A stretch of DNA of 64,000 nucleotides from Planctomycetota bacterium (lineage in GTDB: Bacteria; Planctomycetota; SZUA-567; H5-PLA8): NCBI GenBank assembly GCA_038227875.1, contig JBBRPR010000004.1, forward strand, positions 32,001 through 96,000. The letters run 5' to 3'. Shown here in pieces: positions 52,805 through 62,309 of this stretch (within the stretch, counting starts at the first letter, position 1; every line of letters begins with the position of its first letter). The notes below the pieces were generated by a model. That model saw nothing but the letters and a program-made list of their open reading frames with translations, did not search any database and had not been told where the DNA came from. The position numbers and the translations under genes are program-made.

Positions 52805-53710
52805 ATGGCAGGCACACGATTCAACGCTCCGCGCAATGCAATGCAGATGTACCGCTACACGCCGCATGACCGCGGCGCCTGGACGTTTCTGACCGACCGC
52901 GGCCCCGATTTCAAAATGAAAGCGCATTGTCACGAGGACCACGAGATCAACGTCTGTGTCCGCGGCGCGGGACGTTATGTGTTGGGAACCGGGGAGTCCT
53001 GCCCGCTGAGCGCCGGACAAATTCTCTATCTGCCCGGCGGTATCGCGCATGAATTGAAAGTCGATGAGCGCATCGTCATCCGCGGGATCTGCATCCATCC
53101 CAGCGAATTCGAATCCATTCCCAACGACGCGGTGGCGCGAGGCCTTGCAAACTCGCCGCAGATCAAGAGGTGGCGCGCGAAGCCGGCATTGCTCCCGGCC
53201 CGGCTCGCGATCGATGCGCTGCTTTATGCAACCTTGTTGGGACTTTACGAACAGCTGCGGACGGAGCAGACCGCCAAGGACGCCTTCTGCTCGCGGAGTA
53301 TCGCGCATCTTTCGCAGTTGGCGGCCATGCAGGTGCTCCGTATCTTCGCGAGACCGGAGCCGTCGGCGCAACCGGGGTTGGCCGAGCAGCGCGTGCTCAA
53401 CACGCGCGCGTGGATGGATCACAACTTCGCCACGGAGATCACGCTGGACCGGCTGGCGGAGCTCAGCGAACTGTCGCCCTCCCATTTCACATATCTGTTC
53501 AAGAAATGCGTGGGCCGTGCGCCCAAGCAATATGTCCTTGAACGGCGTCTGGAATATGCGGCTGGATTGCTCGCTCAGACGGGCATGCCGGTGCTGGAGG
53601 TTTCGCTGGAGTCGGGATTTTCGCATCTGGCTCACTTCAATCGCTGCTTCAAGCATTTCACCGGCGCGACGCCCACGGGATATCGTAAGAAACATCAAAG
53701 AAATCGTTGA
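52805..53710 (+). CDS. AraC-family regulator with cupin sensor (start uncertain)
   Basis: HCHEDHE cupin motif, LSPSHF..LFK..VG..P..Y...RRL and SGF..LAHFNR.FK..TG.TP..YR. Confidence 0.9.
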   Translation: MAGTRFNAPRNAMQMYRYTPHDRGAWTFLTDRGPDFKMKAHCHEDHEINVCVRGAGRYVLGTGESCPLSAGQILYLPGGIAHELKVDERIVIRGICIHPSEFESIPNDAVARGLANSPQIKRWRAKPALLPARLAIDALLYATLLGLYEQLRTEQTAKDAFCSRSIAHLSQLAAMQVLRIFARPEPSAQPGLAEQRVLNTRAWMDHNFATEITLDRLAELSELSPSHFTYLFKKCVGRAPKQYVLERRLEYAAGLLAQTGMPVLEVSLESGFSHLAHFNRCFKHFTGATPTGYRKKHQRNR

Positions 53711-53784
53711 ATCCCGTAGGCTTCAACCGGGCCTTTCTCGTTATGTTCTGCAGCGTGACCAGAACCCGCTGAGGAATCGCCCAA

Positions 53785-54699
53785 ATGAGCATCGAATTAA
53801 AAGACACCCACGGTGTCGCGCATGTGATCAGCAGTGAGCAGGAAGAATTCTTTCGCCAGCACGGTTACCTGCTGATTGAAAATGTGCTGAGCCGCGCCGA
53901 ACTGGAGGCGCTTGATGCCGGGGCCAATGCGCTGATCGCCAAAAGCGCGGAGCAGCCGCCGCCGGCGCATTTCAATTTCAGCAACGGGCATCGGTCTGGC
54001 AAGCCGGTGCTGCGGCGCATCGACTATCCCATCGACATGAGTGAACCGTTCCGCGCGCTGCTGGGCCACCCGTTTATTTTGCGCTCAGTGGAACGCCTGC
54101 AGGGGCGATCGTTCATTCCCACGTGGGATGCGATGGTGCTCAAGATGCCGTTTGAAGGCATCCAGGTGACGTGGCATCAGGACGCGTGCGTTCACTGCGC
54201 CGGCGACGAGCCCATTTTCAATGTCGATTTTTATCTCGACGACTCCGACCAGGATACCGCCGTGTGGGTGATTCCGGGAAGTCACCGCTGGACGCCAGAG
54301 CAATTGAAAGCTGTGCTTGCCAATCCCACGCAGTTCCCACAGGCCGGCGCATTTCCAGTTCCGGTCAAAGCTGGCAGCGTTTTATTCCATAACATCAAAC
54401 TGCTCCACGGCTCACCGGCCAGCACCGGGCCGAACATGCGTCGCGTGATCTATTACGAATTTCGTCCCGCCTCAGTGGAGTTCGAACGCGGACCGCACGT
54501 GCCCGAATACATTCCATTAAAGCAGCGCGTCTTGCGCGCCTGTCTCGAACGCCGGGCTGCGGCTGCGTACGTGCCAGAGGACGAAGTGCCGTTTGAGTAT
54601 CGTCCGGCAGTGCCATTCAACGGCGCGGATGGGATTCCAAGCGGTCCCATGGAGACATACAAATACGAGCACAAGGACTATCTCCGCAAGAAGAACTAA
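53785..54699 (+). CDS. Phytanoyl-CoA dioxygenase family protein
   Basis: WHQD, VIPGSH and LLHGSP.....MRR. Confidence 0.87.
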   Translation: MSIELKDTHGVAHVISSEQEEFFRQHGYLLIENVLSRAELEALDAGANALIAKSAEQPPPAHFNFSNGHRSGKPVLRRIDYPIDMSEPFRALLGHPFILRSVERLQGRSFIPTWDAMVLKMPFEGIQVTWHQDACVHCAGDEPIFNVDFYLDDSDQDTAVWVIPGSHRWTPEQLKAVLANPTQFPQAGAFPVPVKAGSVLFHNIKLLHGSPASTGPNMRRVIYYEFRPASVEFERGPHVPEYIPLKQRVLRACLERRAAAAYVPEDEVPFEYRPAVPFNGADGIPSGPMETYKYEHKDYLRKKN

Positions 54700-54922
54700 T
54701 CGGCCCGGACCTATTCCTGCAGCCAGCGTCCGGTTCGTCCGCTGGGCGTGATTCTACTGGCGGTGGTGCTGCATAAACTGGGCGGATAACCCGCCTCGCC
54801 TTGATTTTCACTTTATCACTAATGATAATTCAAAATATCGACTCCGTCAGCGTCGCTCCAGCGGGGTAGTCATCAGCACGGATGTAAAAGACGCGTGTTG
54901 CGCCCCCTGGTGAGGACTTCCT

Positions 54923-56734
54923 ATGCATCGGCAGAACAACTGGCTCGCGACGGTCTTGACGCTCATCGTTCCGTTACTTTCGGCGCGAGCTTCCGACGAC
55001 GGCAACGCTGTCGTCCCCGCCGAATTGCGCGCGACGCCCACGATTCTCTGCATCGGCCTGTATTGGCCGCTGCATGGCGATGCCAATGGCAACGCCAGCG
55101 CCAGCGTCGAATACCAGGAAGCCGGCACCGACGCGTGGAAACCCGCCTTGCCGCTCTTTCGCGTCTCTCCGCAGACCGTCGATGTTCAGGGCAACACCAT
55201 CGGCAAGATTCCCGTCTCGTTCCGCAACGGCATCAAAAACTGGGGCGGGATGAAAGAGTACGCGATCGAGCGGTACGCGCAGAATTACATCGCCGGTTCG
55301 ATCTTCAATCTCAAACCCGCGACGCATTATCTCGTGCGCGTCAAACTCACCGACCCCGACGGCGGCGGCACAACACAAACCGTGGAAACCACCACGCGAG
55401 CAGTGCCCGTGATCCCCACGCAAGGCAACGTGATCGCCGTCTCCGGCGGCGGCACGGCCCTCAACGATGCCGTCGCCAAGGCGCAGCCCGGCGACATCTT
55501 CAAAGTCAGCGCCGGCGTCTACGGCAACGTGATGGTCACCGCCAGCGGCACGGCCGAAAAGCCGATCGTGATCCAGTCCGCCGGCGACGGCGACGTCGTG
55601 ATCCAGTGCCCATCGCCGGTGCAGAATTTTGAAGACGGCTCGGGCAACGGCATCGAACTGACCGGGTCGTATGTCCACATGCACGGACTGACCATCAAGG
55701 AATTCCGCGTCGGCATCCGCATGCGCACCAAAACGGCAACCGGCCTCAGCGTCACGCGCTGTACGTTCGTGAAGAATTGGACGGCGATCGAATACGGCGG
55801 AAGCAACGGTTACTTCGCCGACAATTCCATCTCCGGCATCAAAGGCCCTGGCGAAGCCGGCGGCGACGTCACCGAAGGCCACGCCTTCGACAACAATCCC
55901 GATCGCACCGGCGGCGGAAACGTGATCTGCTACAACACGATCACGCGCGTCTCCGACGCCCTGCGCCTGCACTGTTCTGACGCCGACGCCTACGGCAACG
56001 ACGTCCTCTTCGGCTCCGACGACGCCGTAGAATTCGACGACGGCGGCGCCAACGCGCGGCTCTGGGGCAATCGCTTCACGCACCCCGGCAACAACGGCAT
56101 CAGTTTTCAGCCCTACATCGGCGGTCCGGCCTACGTCATCCGCAACCTGGTTTTTGTCGGCACCGAGGACGTGATCAAGGACCGCTACAAATCCTGCGGC
56201 GCGATCTTGATCAACAACACGTTCGTGGAGGCCGGCCCGAAAAACGCCGAATCCGTCACGCCGCCGGAACACACTTTCGCCCGCAACAATCTCTTCATCG
56301 GTTACGGCCGCACCTCCATGAAATACCACGCCGAAGATTTCCTCCGCACCCCCGCGACGCTGGATCTGGATTTTAACGGCTACAACAAACCCCTCGGAGC
56401 CCCCGGGTGGAAGGCCTTCAATCTTCCCAAGCACGAAATCCGCCCGCTGGCCGAAATCCGCGACGCCACCGGCCTGGAAGCGCACGGCGTACAGCTCGAT
56501 CCCGCCGCGTGTTTCAAACAGCCCCTGCCCACGCGGGAGGAAATCGATCAGGCGCTGAAAACCTGGACCGGCGCGCACCCCGACCTGAGCCTCAAGGCCG
56601 ACTCCCCCGCCATCGACAAAGGCGTCAGCCTGCCCAACGTCGCCGACGTCTTCGAAGGCGCCGCGCCGGACCTGGGCGCGCTGGAATTCGGCGCGCCCCT
56701 GCCGCAGTGGGGCGTTCGTCCCGAAGGAAAATAA
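54923..56734 (+). CDS. Secreted right-handed beta-helix protein (polysaccharide-lyase-like) with FN3-like N-domain
   Basis: Signal peptide, GSIFNLKPAT.Y.V, AQPGD.....GVY, DDAVEFD and SPAIDKG...APDLGALE. Confidence 0.8.
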   Translation: MHRQNNWLATVLTLIVPLLSARASDDGNAVVPAELRATPTILCIGLYWPLHGDANGNASASVEYQEAGTDAWKPALPLFRVSPQTVDVQGNTIGKIPVSFRNGIKNWGGMKEYAIERYAQNYIAGSIFNLKPATHYLVRVKLTDPDGGGTTQTVETTTRAVPVIPTQGNVIAVSGGGTALNDAVAKAQPGDIFKVSAGVYGNVMVTASGTAEKPIVIQSAGDGDVVIQCPSPVQNFEDGSGNGIELTGSYVHMHGLTIKEFRVGIRMRTKTATGLSVTRCTFVKNWTAIEYGGSNGYFADNSISGIKGPGEAGGDVTEGHAFDNNPDRTGGGNVICYNTITRVSDALRLHCSDADAYGNDVLFGSDDAVEFDDGGANARLWGNRFTHPGNNGISFQPYIGGPAYVIRNLVFVGTEDVIKDRYKSCGAILINNTFVEAGPKNAESVTPPEHTFARNNLFIGYGRTSMKYHAEDFLRTPATLDLDFNGYNKPLGAPGWKAFNLPKHEIRPLAEIRDATGLEAHGVQLDPAACFKQPLPTREEIDQALKTWTGAHPDLSLKADSPAIDKGVSLPNVADVFEGAAPDLGALEFGAPLPQWGVRPEGK

Positions 56735-56748
56735 GGTTTGACCACTGC

Positions 56749-57546
56749 ATGAAAAACGACGCCCGCGCCGCAACCTCTCCCACTCCCGCGCTCGACCGCG
56801 GGATTGCAATTCTGGAGATGCTGACCGGGCCGCTGCGCGACGGCGCCACGCGCCACGACATTCAAAAGCGCCTGGCCATCCCGCAAGCCTCCACTTACCG
56901 CTTGTTAAAAACGCTGACCGACGCGCGCCTGATCAGTGAAGACCCGTCGACGGGAAAATTCCGCCTCGGCGCGCGCAGCATGCGCCTGGGTTTCTGGGCG
57001 CGCCACGTCTCGCCGGTGGTGAAAGCCGTGCAACCCCTCCTGCGCGAGTTGTCGCTGCTCACGCACCAGATGAGCACCCTGATCGTCCACGATCACCGCT
57101 GGAAATTAATGGTGCTCGAAACCTGGCAGACAGAAGGCACGCCGCTGCGCGTGCCCGTTCGTCCCGGCATGTTTTTCGGGCTCGACCAGTCCACCGCGCC
57201 GGGCCTCTGCTACCTGACGTTTGAACCGTCGCTCCGCGCCGAAAAATTCCTCCACCAGATCGCGATCCCCGAACGCCGCGAGCTGATGGACCTGCAGGTC
57301 GAGCCGCCGGACAAAAGTATTCTCGACGTCTGCCAGAATTTCCGCCGACTGGGCTATGCCGTGCAGTCGGTAAATCCAGTAAACTCCGGCCTGGCCGTAC
57401 CGGTCTACGATCGGCGCGCCAAAGGCGTGCGCGTGGCCGCCGCGCTGAGCATCGTCTGCGACGCCAAATTCCTCACCCCCCGCCACGTGGAAAAGTGGAG
57501 CTCCGCCGCGCGCCGCCTGGCAAAAGAATTGGAAGCCGCCATCTGA
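56749..57546 (+). CDS. IclR-family transcriptional regulator
   Basis: ALDRGIAILE.L, IPQASTYRLLKTL and LAVPVYD......AALSI. Confidence 0.88.
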   Translation: MKNDARAATSPTPALDRGIAILEMLTGPLRDGATRHDIQKRLAIPQASTYRLLKTLTDARLISEDPSTGKFRLGARSMRLGFWARHVSPVVKAVQPLLRELSLLTHQMSTLIVHDHRWKLMVLETWQTEGTPLRVPVRPGMFFGLDQSTAPGLCYLTFEPSLRAEKFLHQIAIPERRELMDLQVEPPDKSILDVCQNFRRLGYAVQSVNPVNSGLAVPVYDRRAKGVRVAAALSIVCDAKFLTPRHVEKWSSAARRLAKELEAAI

Positions 57547-57760
57547 CCCTGCCCATCCCTCTCCCCCTGAGGAAGAGTTACTCATAGGTAGAGCGGAAAA
57601 TATTTAGACACTTATAGTGATCCAGCGAATTCGGAATGCTGTGATAGATTTTTCCGCTTCGGATTTTCCGTTTTTCATAGGAGGTCGGAACGGAGTATCC
57701 AATAGCGGGATTGAACTTCAGTGTCGAGTTGGTTCCCGAAATAGTTCCTGGAGGAAAGCC

Positions 57761-58264
57761 ATGATTAGTAAACCAGGCATTTTTAATTTATTGGATAAAT
57801 TGAAGATGATTCTACAAAAAAATAATGTTACGCATGGCGATTCTTTCAGTATCTGTCCTCGCCCTAATTTGAAAACAGGATGGCGAATACCCGCCATTGA
57901 AAAAGGGGTTTACCTTGAACCGTCGCCAATGTTAAAATGTCGATTTGAATATGCTGGAACTTGGGTTAATGCCGAGCCCGGCAAGTCCTGGCTTGACCTA
58001 GTGGAACTTGAATCGGTATGGGATAATACGCGCGTACTTAGGCAATTGGAAATTCGAGAGAAGCATTTTGAAAACTCCATACTTTCAATGGTTCCTAAAA
58101 CTCATCTTTCGATTTTGGGATTAGATATGGACGGGAGGGAGGAGTCTTACCTACATTGGAAGTCGGACGCCATTGAACCACGTATAATTCAGTACTATGG
58201 CGGTAATGAGAACATATTCGACAACTTTTACCAATTTCTTGTCTGGCTCACGACTGAAAAGTAG
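57761..58264 (+). CDS. Low-GC hypothetical protein, SUKH/immunity-like C-terminus
   Basis: GGAGG RBS; C-terminal YL.W....EP.I..Y.....F.NF..FL.WL. Confidence 0.55.
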   Translation: MISKPGIFNLLDKLKMILQKNNVTHGDSFSICPRPNLKTGWRIPAIEKGVYLEPSPMLKCRFEYAGTWVNAEPGKSWLDLVELESVWDNTRVLRQLEIREKHFENSILSMVPKTHLSILGLDMDGREESYLHWKSDAIEPRIIQYYGGNENIFDNFYQFLVWLTTEK

Positions 58265-58310
58265 ATCTATTCGATTACGCGCCAACTGAAACCCGAAATC
58301 CGCGCGATCC

Positions 58311-59026
58311 AGGGCCGAAGGCCCGCCGCTATACCAGCCCAGGGCAACGCCCTGGGAAAAATCCCCCCCATCGCCACAAGGGCTGAAAGCCCGAACTATC
58401 AACCCTCTCGAGCGCGCCGCCCCGCCGTCGCTGAAGAAGCGCCCGCCTCAGAGACCTCACGTCGCATGCGTTCCGCCGCCTCGCCCCGCCTCACAACCTC
58501 GAAGAGGTTGCGTCTACAAAGCCCAGGGTTGCGCCGCGAGGCGCTACCCTGGGTTCACGATCATGAATCGAAACCAACCCTGAAAGGGTTGCGGCTTCAA
58601 ACTGAAGCGCGCCGGGAATAGCGCCACGTCGTCCCAACCGCCGCCGCACGTTCGCCGCACGCGGCCCGCCGAGTCTCACGCGCGCACCGCCCCGAGTTCC
58701 GAACCCGGAGGGTTCACAACCATTAGCCGGCGGTTGAGCGCAGCGACACCGCCGGACCCGCGCCCCCCAATTGCTCCACATCCCGGAGGGATGCCAGACG
58801 AGCCGCACGTCCCACGCCAGAACTCCCTGCCCCCAGCGCGCCGCCCCACCGTCGCTGAAGAAGCGCCCGCCTCAGAGACCTCACGTCGCATGCGTTCCGC
58901 CGCCACGCACCGCCTCACAACCTCGAAGAGGTTGCGCTACAAAGCCCAGGGTTGCGCCGCGAGGCGCTACCCTGGGTTCGCGATCATGAATCGAAACCAA
59001 CCCTGAAAGGGTTGCGGCTTCGAACT
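58311..59026 (+). repeat. Cluster of REP-like triple-hairpin elements including a ~192-bp duplication
   Basis: 58411-58603 and 58835-59026 are nearly identical. Related elements lie at 58311-58392 and 58701-58795. Confidence 0.9.
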
Positions 59027-59159
59027 AGCGACTAAGCGCAAGTTCCATCGTTGCTATATCGTCCAAAGAAGCCTTCGTAGGGCTCAGGTCCCTCGAGAAA
59101 ATTCACAATCAAGCTGTTGTGTTGCGGCGTGGCGCAAGTATTGGCGAAATTGTTTAGCC

Positions 59160-60500
59160 TTACCGGTCTCGCCTTAGGCTCCGGGTCGCTAACTGTTGTA
59201 CTCTACTGTCTCCATGCGAGGTCAGCTGCTGAACTAAAGGCAAAAACTCTGGATGCCAATTCCCCGCTTGTGCTATGTTACTCAATACTAGGAGACTCTC
59301 AGGATTCTTAACCTTTCCATAATATTCGAGAATTCGCTTGAAGATTTCGACTCGATGACGTGCCAATCGATCATAAATTGCCGGCTCCAGAACTATGTTT
59401 TGGTATACAACTAAAAATTGGTCGTTGACTCGGAAAGCAGATTTCAAAACAGAGTCGAGGCGCTCGGGATCTGTGCAGATATTTGAAAAAATCCAAAGAG
59501 CAGTGCTGCTTGTGTTTGGGTCTTTCTCCATCGCAATTTTCTCTAAATCGTCAATACGTCTTTGAAGTTCAATCCTGTGCGTACTGCAAAAGTTATTCTC
59601 CATGATTATTTCAAGAGCTGAACGCCTGACGGGCGTGTCGTGATCATTGAATGCGACTGCAATAATACGCGCGGCATACTTGTCAGGGTCTAACTTTCCC
59701 AGAGCTTTCACTGCTCCTACTCGGAGTTCTAATTTCTCAGAGGTAAGAGCAGATTCCAATAGGCTGTAGCAATTTTCGGCAATTTGCGTTTCTCCCAATG
59801 AGTATAAGACCGCCATTTTAACTTCCATTGATGCTTCATTGAAAGCTCCTTGAAGATCAGCACAAATGTCAGGACCGACATCATGAAAGGCCTGCAGCGA
59901 GTATGCGGCAAGTTCTTGATCCTTTAAGGACTTTGAACAAAGTTGCCCTCTTAGAAGTGCAAGTTCATTCGATCCGTCACTAAGAGCGTCGGGTAGAAAG
60001 CGACACTGCGGGATTGGATTCCCCCAAGCATCATCTTCGCCATCTGTTATGTCTAGAAAGCGCTCAACAGGCTGAAAGGGGATATTGAGTTTAGACATTG
60101 TTGTCAAGACGTCGCTCAAAGCATCCCGAAAGGTCTTCTCGTTTCCCTGCGCGTAAAGGTTAGTGCGTGCAAAGTTAGCGATTGACCTAATGGAATTGTA
60201 CAATTTGTCTGCTTCATTCTTTCTTAGAGAACTGATTCCTGTCGAGCCGTTTTGCCACTGCATAATTTGTGAAGGGGATTCGGGCAGCCTAGACAACATC
60301 AAATCTTCCCATTTGCTGAGATCCCGAAAACTCGTGAAGGACCACAGGATAGTTATTGCATGGTCAATTTTTGGAGACACTTGCAATGTCGAGTGTGCAT
60401 ATGCGTCAAGGCATGAAACGAGGTACGCCACGCGCGTTCGTTGTAAAACACCGCAAAGATTTTCATACAATTCTTCAAAATTTAAACTCTGTTGGTCCAT
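59160..60500 (-). CDS. Low-GC HEAT-repeat protein with immunity-like N-terminal domain
   Basis: 446-aa AT-rich ORF with HEAT repeats (VKMAVLYSLGE, LRVGAVKALGKL, VRRSALE). Confidence 0.7.
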   Translation of the reverse strand: MDQQSLNFEELYENLCGVLQRTRVAYLVSCLDAYAHSTLQVSPKIDHAITILWSFTSFRDLSKWEDLMLSRLPESPSQIMQWQNGSTGISSLRKNEADKLYNSIRSIANFARTNLYAQGNEKTFRDALSDVLTTMSKLNIPFQPVERFLDITDGEDDAWGNPIPQCRFLPDALSDGSNELALLRGQLCSKSLKDQELAAYSLQAFHDVGPDICADLQGAFNEASMEVKMAVLYSLGETQIAENCYSLLESALTSEKLELRVGAVKALGKLDPDKYAARIIAVAFNDHDTPVRRSALEIIMENNFCSTHRIELQRRIDDLEKIAMEKDPNTSSTALWIFSNICTDPERLDSVLKSAFRVNDQFLVVYQNIVLEPAIYDRLARHRVEIFKRILEYYGKVKNPESLLVLSNIAQAGNWHPEFLPLVQQLTSHGDSRVQQLATRSLRRDR

Positions 60501-60862
60501 TTAGTATCCGCCGCGAGGCCAAGTCTTGGTTTTTCCTGTCGCCGCAATTTGTTCGCCAACTTTCTGCGGTAGGGGCTCTAATCTTTAGGCTACTTGATGA
60601 GGTAGTTATAGTACCTGCGATTAAGGAAACTCTTGAGAAGAAAGTACGGGCTGAAGGTAAACACGTTTCAAATGTGGTCGCTGAGGCGCTATTGAAATAG
60701 GGCTTTAAGGTTTTAAACCTGAATGTGGGTTAAATGATTTTCTTACCTAAAGGTTTGTCCCTCTAGGCTTGTGCTTATGCGGGATTTTCACTAGAAGTAA
60801 TGGCTCATAGTTGCAGAGCACTTTTGAGTATCCCGATAGAGTATTCCAGAAGTGTTTAAGTT

Positions 60863-60984
60863 TTCCTCTTTCCCCCTGAGTGACTATCCCTCATGGGGAG
60901 AGGGGACGCGCGCATAGATCGGCCTAACCCAGGGTAGCGCTGCGGCGCAACCCTGGGCTTTGTCGCCATTAGCCCGTTGGGCTA
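60863..60984. repeat. CCCCT/GGGGAGAGGG hairpin plus inverted copy of the AGCCCAGGGTTGCG..CGCTACCCTGGG element
   Basis: Hairpin at 60863-60906. 60927-60963 is nearly the reverse complement of the 58.5/58.95 kb core. Confidence 0.8.
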
Positions 60985-61039
60985 AGCGAACGGCGAGCGC
61001 ATCAACCGGTCCTTTCCGGCCGCCCGTCCGCTCCGCGGA

Positions 61040-61081
61040 AATGAAAAATGACCGATGACCAATGCCCACTGACCAATGACT
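61040..61081. repeat. Heptamer array (AATGACC-like)x6
   Basis: AATGAAA AATGACC GATGACC AATGCCC ACTGACC AATGACT. Confidence 0.75.
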
Positions 61082-61416
61082 CCGTTAAATGGGCGCGATC
61101 CCGTCGCGAATGGGCGTGAACGCACCGGGATGAGACCGCGCGTCTTTTTGCAGATGGACACCGCGTCTTCGTCTTTCACGAGAATGATGTTGCAGCCGTG
61201 GGAATACTCACGGGAAGTCCTTCGGTCTCACGACGGAGCATTTCGGCGTACGGAGCCAGGCCAGGCCGGATTTGAACATGTGCGAGTCGGGCAGTTTGCA
61301 AACGCCGCGTTCGCAAGTCCGCGTTTCCGGACAAAAATGCTTCTCACCCTGCACCGTTTGCCGGAGGCCGAATCGAGTCGCGCGGCGGACGCAAGCGGCG
61401 CCCGCGACTCCGGATT

Positions 61417-61431
61417 TGGCATGACGTTCGC
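61417..61431 (+). promoter_or_regulatory. Candidate sigma54 promoter
   Basis: TGGCATG-ACGT-TCGC with correct GG-N10-GC spacing, ending 35 nt before ATG 61467. Confidence 0.4.
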
Positions 61432-61466
61432 CATTACTCCTCTCGTCCTGACTGGGGGGCGCAGAC

Positions 61467-62096
61467 ATGAGTCGAATCTCCAATTCATTTCTTACCGCGA
61501 CGGAAAGCCGCAAGACGCGCCGCGTTGAGATCCTGCCCGACGTGGCCGACGTCACACCCACGCCGTCGTCGTTGTGGCGCGCGGTGGATGAGTCGTCGAT
61601 GAGCCCCGCCAATATTACGTTGCTGTTTATCGCCGGGGATTCGATGCACACCAAATTGGTGCGCATGGTTCTGAACTCCGCCGGATTTGTCACGCGGGAG
61701 ACGGCCGGAACGCTTGACGTCGCTGGAGCCGCAGTGCCGTCGCTGGTGCTGCTGGATTGGGACGCCGAAGGCGTCGATGGCCACGCCATTCTCAACGCAC
61801 TCCGCACGGATCCCCAACTGCGCCAGGTTCCGGTGATCGTGCTGACCAACCGCAGCGTCTCGCAGGGCTGGTGTTGTGAACTGGCGAAGTATTTCGTGAG
61901 TTGGGTGCTGGAAAAACCGATCGTCGTGCTCAGCCTGCCGCAGCTGATCCAGCGCACGATCGCCGCGCGGGGCCACGCGCTCCAAGGCTGCCAGATCGAA
62001 CGCTCCGCCTTGCTCGTCGAGAACGGCCTGACCGCCTCCGGAGCGCTCTACAAATCCGTGATCCTCCCGTGTCTGGCGAGCGAGAGAAGTGAGTAG
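61467..62096 (+). CDS. Atypical single receiver-domain protein (start may be later)
   Basis: PSLVLLDW...VDG..IL..LR.DP.L..VPVIVLT...EKP. Confidence 0.75.
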   Translation: MSRISNSFLTATESRKTRRVEILPDVADVTPTPSSLWRAVDESSMSPANITLLFIAGDSMHTKLVRMVLNSAGFVTRETAGTLDVAGAAVPSLVLLDWDAEGVDGHAILNALRTDPQLRQVPVIVLTNRSVSQGWCCELAKYFVSWVLEKPIVVLSLPQLIQRTIAARGHALQGCQIERSALLVENGLTASGALYKSVILPCLASERSE

Positions 62097-62274
62097 AGGT
62101 CTCACAAGAAACACATCTTTGAAAAGGTGGCAGGCCCCGGTCCTGTAACATTGGGTAACATTTTGCCACATCGCTCATAGGTGAGCCCGAATTTGACCGA
62201 GTCCGCGAATTTATGTCAAAAAACGAATAACCGTGGTTGCAAATTTGCAACCACGAATTCACGCACACTGCGAA

Positions 62275-62290
62275 CGTTCCACGTGGAACA
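62275..62290. promoter_or_regulatory. parS-like centromere site
   Basis: CGTTCCACGTGGAACA, the reverse complement of the 46749 site. Confidence 0.75.
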
Positions 62291-62309
62291 TTCACACTGT
62301 GGCGTAACC

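Noticed and set aside
58491..59006. Short ORFs within the repeat cluster
   Set aside because: They are translations of palindromic repeats with no RBS or protein motifs.
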